Source of the DNA: Promethearchaeum syntrophicum | Lineage (GTDB): Archaea; Asgardarchaeota; Lokiarchaeia; Sigyniarchaeales; Promethearchaeaceae | Length of the DNA stretch: 24,000 bases | Assembly (NCBI RefSeq): GCF_008000775.2 | Contig: NZ_CP042905.2 | Coordinates: 3,625,723-3,649,722, forward strand | Direction: 5' to 3' | Shown: one piece after another, positions 17,436 through 24,000 of the stretch | Position numbering within the stretch: the first letter of the stretch is position 1 | Layout: every line of letters begins with the position of its first letter | Translations under genes and position numbers: made by a program | Notes under the pieces: model-generated | What the model saw: the letters and a program-made list of their open reading frames with translations, nothing else | Database searches by the model: none | What the model was told of the DNA's origin: nothing

Positions 17436-17800
17436 TATTTTATCACCTTTAATATGCTGGAGTTTCCTTCAGAAAGAATTCCAACAGTAGATACCCAAAA
17501 AGGTTTTGCGCAAACAGCTCCAAGATCCCAGCTGGAGTTTTTTGAAGTAAAGATAGGTACGGGTGTTTCTAAACAATTATTAAATAGTTTAATTTGATCT
17601 ACTACCTGTTTGGGGGCATTATTTGCTAAGATTAACAATTTTAAATCTCCCATGGATAGTTGTTTTAGTACGGATTTTGTTCCTAGTAATACCTTCCCAG
17701 TTTTCACTGCAACATTAATCTCTTTGTTCTCATCGAACGAGAGCTTTGCACTGGTGCGCTTTCTTTTCTTGAGTTTTTGTTGACCTCGTTTATAGGACAT
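17435..17800 (-). CDS. rpl30e: 50S ribosomal protein eL30 (L30e)
   Basis: [47 protein letters not shown]. Overlaps the uS12 start by one base. Confidence 0.87.
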   Translation of the reverse strand: MSYKRGQQKLKKRKRTSAKLSFDENKEINVAVKTGKVLLGTKSVLKQLSMGDLKLLILANNAPKQVVDQIKLFNNCLETPVPIFTSKNSSWDLGAVCAKPFWVSTVGILSEGNSSILKVIK

Positions 17801-17946
17801 ATTTTTTCAACTCGATATTTCCTAAAAGGAAAAATGAAGCATAAATAAAAAAATTTGTGAATAGAACGGTTTAATAATATTTTCAGAATGTTTTTTCTTT
17901 GAAAATTTTAATAATCTACATATAAATTTAATAAAGCAAAATTGTA

Positions 17947-18603
17947 TTGTTTTTACATAAAATGATTGATAATTCCGTTTCAAACTTCGATTTAATTTAC
18001 CCAAAAGAATCTAAATTGAATAATAATCCTGAAAAAATGTTTATATTCTCAGTTCTGACATATTTTATTGTAATAGGATTATTTTTAATTCTATCTGCTT
18101 CTGGAGTTGTTGAATTCATACCGAATTACGAAAGTTCCAGAATAATTATTTTGGTTTTTGCAATATCTTGGAATTCTGCAATTCTGATTATAATCGTTGG
18201 TCTTCTGATTAATTCGAATAAGAACATAAAGATTAATTCCGAGAATTTTAATCAGTACACTCAAGAATATCAATCTCAACGAATTGAAATGGAACAGATT
18301 ACTAGATCACATGATTATCTATCTCCACAATTTATCGAAACCAAAAAAAAATTAATCCGAGCTTTTTATATTATGTCTTTTTTTCTTTCTTTTGTGTTTT
18401 TACTTCTCTTGGCTATTGGCATATTATTAATTTTATATTCGGTTGGTATTTTTGATTTCGGTTTAGAAAATCCTTCTTTTAATATAATCCGTAGTATATT
18501 TGCTGGGATTTGGAACATAAGTTTATTTTTTGCATTCAATAAAATTATTAAATCTTTTACAAGGTTACAGAAAAAGACAACTAAAAAATTCAGCTTTATG
18601 TAA
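17947..18603 (+). CDS. Four-TM membrane protein of unknown function, two TM hairpins
   Basis: ORF 218 aa. Hydrophobic pairs around residues 32-86 and 140-200. ATG at 17962 is an alternative start. Confidence 0.6.
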   Translation: MFLHKMIDNSVSNFDLIYPKESKLNNNPEKMFIFSVLTYFIVIGLFLILSASGVVEFIPNYESSRIIILVFAISWNSAILIIIVGLLINSNKNIKINSENFNQYTQEYQSQRIEMEQITRSHDYLSPQFIETKKKLIRAFYIMSFFLSFVFLLLLAIGILLILYSVGIFDFGLENPSFNIIRSIFAGIWNISLFFAFNKIIKSFTRLQKKTTKKFSFM

Positions 18604-18696
18604 AATTTTTTTTGGAAAAATTATATCATTGCAGAAACCCGATCTATTATTTGGATAGGAACCACTGAAATTTTGGGAGGTATTGGTAGGAAATAC

Positions 18697-18960
18697 TTAT
18701 CTCTCAGTTTTTTCTAAAAGATCAAAATATAACCGTTTGAATAACGATAATTCTCGTTCTAATTCTTTAATTGTTTGTTTTAAATCCCCTTCATTGTTAA
18801 AACCGAATTCTGCAGTATAACAGAATATGTTAGTGGAAATGGCTAAATGAGTATTTTTTTCATCTTTCATGTATCCTAAAGAAACTTGTAATCCAGAGAA
18901 ACAGATATACCCGATTTCTCCATCCGATAATTTACTACCCACTGAAGCATCAGCATGCAA
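18697..18960 (-). pseudogene. Fragment of an AMP-forming acyl-CoA synthetase / AMP-binding enzyme
   Basis: SDGEIGYICFSGLQVSLGYMKDEKNTHLAIS...YTAEFGFNNEGDL resembles the family stretch GEIGEICFSGPQVxLGYxxxexxT...YTGDLGxxxEGxL, with no flanking catalytic domains. Confidence 0.6.
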
Positions 18961-19133
18961 TTCTTTTCTTATACTTAGTGTGGTTAAAGTAGATATAAAA
19001 ATGCATTTAAAAAAAGAGGTTAATCATTAAAATAATTCTTTTCTATCATTTCAACAAATAGGTAAAATACAATAACGTTTTATTTTGTAATGTTTTATGT
19101 TATTATATTTAAAAAAAGGAAGAATGGTAGATT

Positions 19134-21443
19134 TTGATCATCGACATTTATGATAAAAAAACACAGAAAATAATGCTTTTAGTATGGGTTATTTCTGTCG
19201 TTGGTTCAGGCGTTATTTACTCAATAGTAAAGCCTTTAAGTCGGACTGATGTGGATTATATAGCAATAGAGGGTAATTTTCAATTAAATGCATTCTTTTC
19301 AGATCAATCAATGGATGGTGAATCTTGGGATACTGCTTATGTTTTTAAAAACTTCAAGTTTGATATCCCGGATGATAATTATGGTTTAATTCTAAATAAT
19401 ACGGATAAGTTTATTATTATTAAGGATTGTGAATTTAAATGTAAGAGATACAGTGACTCGTATGGAATATATATATTCAATAGTGAAAATATAAAAATTG
19501 ACAGCATTAATTTAAAATATTGCGATATTGGAACAAATATAATAAATTCTTCTAATATTGAAGTTTCCAATACAGATTTTGGAACCAATTCTCGATACGG
19601 TACAATCTTGGAAAATAGTACGAATATCAACCTTAATAAAAATACATATCTGGGACGATCTACATATGACATTAGTATTAGGTCTTCAAACAATTGTTCT
19701 TTAATACAGAACAAAATGATATACAGTGGATTATCTATATCTCTTCAAGATAATCCTTCTTCTCAATTAATGATTGATTCTTCTAATACAATAAATAATC
19801 AACCAATCTATTATTATGAAAACATATCTCATTTAAACATAAACTTCAATCAACAAATAGGTCAATTACTTCTTAACAATTGTTCTGAAAGTACCTTTAG
19901 CAATGCATATATCACGAGCACTAAATCAAATGTGATCATTACTAATTCAAAATTAAATCACTTTAATAACATCTCTTCTACTGAATCAACTGGTTATGGT
20001 ATTAATATGCATAATTCACCCAATAACACGTTTTCATCATGTAATATATCTGAAAACAATGTAGGGTTTCAAATATCTTATTCTAACAATGCAACGATAA
20101 TTGAAAATGAATTATCAAATAATTCTGAAGGAATTTATCATGAATATTCAAACAATTTAATTTTGAAAGAAAATTTAATTTTTAATGAGATATCATCTGA
20201 GGTTGTCGTTGGTTTAAATCTAGATCACAGCAATAACAATACCATTGATAGTAATAGATTTTATTCTCATTATGAATATGAGGGTATAGGAGGTAAATTG
20301 TATTATTCAGAATATAATAGTTTTATCAATAATTCGTTTTATGGGGAAACCGCAATTCATAATGTGTATTATTCACCCTATAATACCTATGTAAATAATA
20401 AATTTATTAACTGCTCCCTTAGTAAATCAATACTACTGGCAGATGAGTTCGATTCATCCAATATCCTTAACGGAAAAGAATTTTCTCTTAACAGAGACAA
20501 AGATGAATTTCAAGTTGAAGATCTCACTGATATTTCTCTTCTGATGTTGGATAATTGCTCCAATTTTGATGTCTCCAATTTAAACTTTTCAAATATCGAA
20601 TATTGTCCTATTATTATAAATGATTGTGAGAATTTTACAATTTCCAATTTAAACATCGAAACAAAGGGATATGGAATAGATATTTATCAGGGCAATATTG
20701 GAATCATTTCTGATTGCACCGTTTATGCAACTAGTTATGCTATTTATTTCTATTTGTGCAATAATCTGACAATTTATGAAAATGAAATTAACTATTCGAA
20801 AAATGGGATTTATATTCAAAGCAGTGATGACATCACCGTTTCTAATAATATTATTAGTAGCATACGAACAAATTCTACGTCTTCTTTCAGTGATGGTGTT
20901 GAAGGAACGCATTCTGATCGAATAAAAATAACCAATAATATTATTGATTGTGATGGTCAAGGAATTTATTTGTATCAATGTAATATCTCCAGAATTAACG
21001 AAAATCAAATAATAATGTCTAATGTAGGTATCACACTTTCTTCTTTTGATGATGATGATGATTATTCTATCCTTGGAAATAATATCACATACATTAGTAG
21101 TTGTATTTCCATTATCATTGATGGAGTTCAAATAACAAATAATACTTTAAATGAAACGAATACATGCAATTACCACGGAATTAATGATGATCCAAATCTA
21201 CCAGAGAATGACTATATTGATAATTTCGGCTTGAATATTGCTATTCTCTTACTACTAATGGCATTCTCTATTACAGTAATAGGGTTAATTTTTCTTAAAA
21301 TAAAAAAATATGAAAATAAGGAACTAATTAGTCCAACGGAATTTAGGTCTCAGATTGACCCAACGGAATTAGATGGATTTAAGACAACAAAGGACCAAAA
21401 TGAAGCAACGGAACATAATGAAACAAAGGAGCTGAAAGAATAA
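19134..21443 (+). CDS. Large surface-anchored right-handed beta-helix (parallel beta-helix repeat, NosD-like) protein
   Basis: 769 aa. N-terminal TM (MLLVWVISVVGSGVIYSIV), many N-x-S/N-N-x-I beta-helix rungs, C-terminal TM (IAILLLLMAFSITVIGLIFL) and charged tail. Confidence 0.8.
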   Translation: MIIDIYDKKTQKIMLLVWVISVVGSGVIYSIVKPLSRTDVDYIAIEGNFQLNAFFSDQSMDGESWDTAYVFKNFKFDIPDDNYGLILNNTDKFIIIKDCEFKCKRYSDSYGIYIFNSENIKIDSINLKYCDIGTNIINSSNIEVSNTDFGTNSRYGTILENSTNINLNKNTYLGRSTYDISIRSSNNCSLIQNKMIYSGLSISLQDNPSSQLMIDSSNTINNQPIYYYENISHLNINFNQQIGQLLLNNCSESTFSNAYITSTKSNVIITNSKLNHFNNISSTESTGYGINMHNSPNNTFSSCNISENNVGFQISYSNNATIIENELSNNSEGIYHEYSNNLILKENLIFNEISSEVVVGLNLDHSNNNTIDSNRFYSHYEYEGIGGKLYYSEYNSFINNSFYGETAIHNVYYSPYNTYVNNKFINCSLSKSILLADEFDSSNILNGKEFSLNRDKDEFQVEDLTDISLLMLDNCSNFDVSNLNFSNIEYCPIIINDCENFTISNLNIETKGYGIDIYQGNIGIISDCTVYATSYAIYFYLCNNLTIYENEINYSKNGIYIQSSDDITVSNNIISSIRTNSTSSFSDGVEGTHSDRIKITNNIIDCDGQGIYLYQCNISRINENQIIMSNVGITLSSFDDDDDYSILGNNITYISSCISIIIDGVQITNNTLNETNTCNYHGINDDPNLPENDYIDNFGLNIAILLLLMAFSITVIGLIFLKIKKYENKELISPTEFRSQIDPTELDGFKTTKDQNEATEHNETKELKE

Positions 21444-21444
21444 A

Positions 21445-23586
21445 ATGTCAAATAATGGAAATTTAACTAAAAATTCAGAATTGCACCATGGGAAAGGGTC
21501 TATGGATCCTGATAAAGACCCAGATAATGACTTGAATTTTGAGTTTAGATATAAAAATGACAAATTTTTGACTAAAAAACTTATTAATCGTATAGAAACC
21601 CTCTCGTTTGATATTCCTAAAGATGAAAAAATTACTGCCATGTTCTGTGACCTTCAATGGGATGATTCAACACCATTTTTTGTGATTTATCTAATACCAT
21701 TAATTTTTTCTATGTCGATGATGATCCCAGGATTTTTGATTGATGGAATGTCAATAATATCGCTTTTTATTTTACCATTAGGTTTATTATTATCATATAT
21801 TATTATAATTCTTATTACAAAAACGAGACCTTTCAAGATTTTGCTTTTTACAGAGAAATCTATCAATTCAATTCATTTATTTAGAAGTGGGTCGTTTCAT
21901 AAATATATCCCCTATGACAGAATCTCATTTCTTGCTATTGATAAAAATACCATATCGATAGAAGATAAAAATAAAAAGGCTTACATCAAATTTTCCATGA
22001 ATTATAATAAAAATACGTTTCTAAAAACAGTAAGAGAGTTGATATATAATCACTTGGGAGAAAATTCTCTAGTAGAATATGAAAATGATATAATTAAGAC
22101 GCGAGTTGAAGATTTAAAAGAAAAAATTGAAACCTCTAAATCAGGAAAATTTGCGGAAAAAAATAGAAAAAAAAGGTTTAAAGAAATTGAAGGACTAAGC
22201 GTCCCAATAAAAATAGGATTGCACAATTATAATTCTAATGAAAATAGTGTTAAGTTAATTAAGAAGAAAATTAGATCATCCAAAACGACAATAATCGTCT
22301 CAATACTTATTGTAATTCCAATTATTGTCCTCATCACAATCTTTTTCTCTTCATCCTTAACAGTTATGATAATGACATTTATAATAGGTCCGTTGATATT
22401 AGGTGTTTTTATTATTATTTCAATTCAAGAATATCATAGACTAACGAATTTTACAAATTCAGATAAATCTACAATACGGATATTGGAAGATGGCTTGGAG
22501 ATAATTAATAACGACAATAAAGATCTTGGTGGCGTGATTAAAGTGCCGTTTAAGACCGATATGATTATTAAACCATATGGTTATATAAATCCCAGCTACT
22601 CGAAATATAGTATTAATTATAATACTATTGATATTTTAAGATGGCTTCATCCACAATACAAAATTAAGATTGGAAAAATAGAAAATATTCGGGATTTCTA
22701 CAATAACCTCTACATAGCTTATTTTAAATGGTATAAATCCACCCAAGGTGACAAGATCCTTTCAACGGATGAAATTTTTAACAAATTTATACATACTGAT
22801 GATTTCAACAAGAAATTGTATAATACTATGAAACAATCAATTCAAAACTTCCTATGTGATGTAAAACGTTCCACTTATCGTTTTAATAGGATTGAATCTA
22901 TCATGAAAACTGTCAATCTGACGGATATTGACGAAATAAAAAAACCATTAAAAAAACTAGAAGATCTTCCTGAAATAATTGAGATTCCAGAAGGAGTGAT
23001 AAATCCTGATTGTGGCTCTGAATCTGAAGGGGATAAAATCAGAACTAGGGATTTACTTGAGTGGAGTCTTATTTATCCAAAAGAATTCTACCAATTTTAT
23101 ATAAATGATGATGAAAAGATACTATTTGCCTATCATCCATCAAGTAACATAAAAATCGGAACTTTTGTAAAAAGAATCGTTGTTTTAGTTACATTATTTT
23201 TTATATCAACCTATTCAGTTTATCTATTATCTGATGAGATTGTTTCGGCATTATTTCTAACTACTATTCTTTTTCTCTGCCCGATTTTTAAAATTTTCAC
23301 TGGAATAGACACATACAAAAGAGAAATAATCTTTACTGATAAGAAAATTCTTAACTTGAGTTATATGAATCTATATTTTACAACCTATACCAATATTGAA
23401 AAAGCTTCAAAATATCACCAGAAATCGGATAAAATCCTCAAAAAATTAGTCCTCTCTCTAAAAACAAATGCTACAAGTACCACAAATATAAATATTCATT
23501 CAATTAATATAAAAAAACTTCCCCTAAACTCACCAATCTTTGCGATATTATCTAAAAAAGGTGTTTCATTATATAGGAGTGATTAA
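21445..23586 (+). CDS. Membrane protein with TM hairpins each followed by a beta-rich, possibly bacterial-PH-like domain
   Basis: 713 aa. Hydrophobic pairs near residues 92-143, 283-335 and 560-610, each followed by a basic/beta-rich segment (RPFKILLFTEKSINSI.., YKREIIFTDKKILNLSY..). Confidence 0.65.
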   Translation: MSNNGNLTKNSELHHGKGSMDPDKDPDNDLNFEFRYKNDKFLTKKLINRIETLSFDIPKDEKITAMFCDLQWDDSTPFFVIYLIPLIFSMSMMIPGFLIDGMSIISLFILPLGLLLSYIIIILITKTRPFKILLFTEKSINSIHLFRSGSFHKYIPYDRISFLAIDKNTISIEDKNKKAYIKFSMNYNKNTFLKTVRELIYNHLGENSLVEYENDIIKTRVEDLKEKIETSKSGKFAEKNRKKRFKEIEGLSVPIKIGLHNYNSNENSVKLIKKKIRSSKTTIIVSILIVIPIIVLITIFFSSSLTVMIMTFIIGPLILGVFIIISIQEYHRLTNFTNSDKSTIRILEDGLEIINNDNKDLGGVIKVPFKTDMIIKPYGYINPSYSKYSINYNTIDILRWLHPQYKIKIGKIENIRDFYNNLYIAYFKWYKSTQGDKILSTDEIFNKFIHTDDFNKKLYNTMKQSIQNFLCDVKRSTYRFNRIESIMKTVNLTDIDEIKKPLKKLEDLPEIIEIPEGVINPDCGSESEGDKIRTRDLLEWSLIYPKEFYQFYINDDEKILFAYHPSSNIKIGTFVKRIVVLVTLFFISTYSVYLLSDEIVSALFLTTILFLCPIFKIFTGIDTYKREIIFTDKKILNLSYMNLYFTTYTNIEKASKYHQKSDKILKKLVLSLKTNATSTTNINIHSINIKKLPLNSPIFAILSKKGVSLYRSD

Positions 23587-23589
23587 ATA

Positions 23590-24000
23590 ATGGAAAACAA
23601 CAACAATAATCAACTAGATCCAGATAAAAAGGAGATTGTGGCAAATAATCAAGATTTAAAAATTCAAAATTCAATATTGCATGAAGATAATGAAGATAAT
23701 GAGCAAATTTTATTTTTTAAACAAAAGATCGAGAAGATCTTAAAGGAATATGTTACAGTATTTGAAGTAGAAGAAAAAAACGAGATAGAAGAGAAAGAAA
23801 GGATTAAAGACACTGAAGATGATGTGAAAAAAATCCTTCCTGAATTTATTATTTGTATTACTAGAAAAGATTCTATTGAAGAATTAGAAATGATGAAAGA
23901 CCATCTTAATCAGTCTGGATTTAAATTCACTTTGAATATAATAAAGAAGGAAGATCCCAAAGACTATGCGAATCGAAAAGAGATTATTGATTATATAGAT
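23590..24000 (+). CDS. Acidic, Asn-rich-start protein of unknown function, truncated by the window edge
   Basis: ATG at 23590, 3 nt after the previous stop, stays open to the window end (MENNNNNQLDPDKKEIVANNQDLKIQNSILHEDNEDNEQILFFKQKIEKILKEYVTVFEVEEK...). Confidence 0.7.
   Translation, partial: MENNNNNQLDPDKKEIVANNQDLKIQNSILHEDNEDNEQILFFKQKIEKILKEYVTVFEVEEKNEIEEKERIKDTEDDVKKILPEFIICITRKDSIEELEMMKDHLNQSGFKFTLNIIKKEDPKDYANRKEIIDYID

Noticed and set aside
17822-18279. Minus-strand ORFs 17822..18004 and 18091..18279
   Set aside because: Overlap the spacer and the 17947..18603 membrane gene; low complexity, no motif.
19379-21657. Minus-strand ORFs 19379..19714, 20649..21131, 21369..21641 and 21475..21657
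   Set aside because: Antisense to beta-helix and membrane-protein genes. The Ile/Asn-rich 20649..21131 frame is the complement of repeated AAT/ATT-rich rungs, not a real protein.
1-24000. CRISPR array, transposon or integrase
   Set aside because: No regularly spaced 24-40-nt direct repeats, transposase/integrase motifs or terminal inverted repeats were seen. The 10-bp phased CATATG sites are too short to be CRISPR.

Overview
AT-rich (~one-third GC) archaeal window. The archaeal/eukaryal-type uS12, uS7 and eL30, a tRNA with a bulge-helix-bulge intron, and RING-H2 and SDS22-like LRR proteins make an Asgard-type host plausible, but this is not proven. Supported content: (i) a TPR protein truncated at the left edge; (ii) a zinc-ribbon membrane protein and an LRR protein transcribed divergently; (iii) two tandem ~516-aa multi-TM paralogs produced by a ~2-kb direct duplication that left gene-end scars of the flanking LRR and MFS genes at the junction; (iv) an MFS transporter; (v) a thiamine module: thiamine pyrophosphokinase plus a ThiB/ThiP/ThiQ-type ABC transporter, with a short DinB-like ORF between them; (vi) a RING-H2 finger fused to a TPR-like region; (vii) intron-containing tRNA-Arg(GCG); (viii) an alpha/beta hydrolase and an MBL-fold hydrolase; (ix) an eL30-uS12-uS7 cluster; (x) a decayed acyl-CoA synthetase fragment; (xi) a tightly packed operon of a beta-helix surface protein, a membrane protein with possible repeated TM+beta modules, and an acidic coiled protein that runs off the window. 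The most unusual signals are CATATG sites phased at exactly 10 bp upstream of three genes that share a similar 5' leader peptide, the duplication scar, the RING-H2/TPR protein, and the surface-protein operon.
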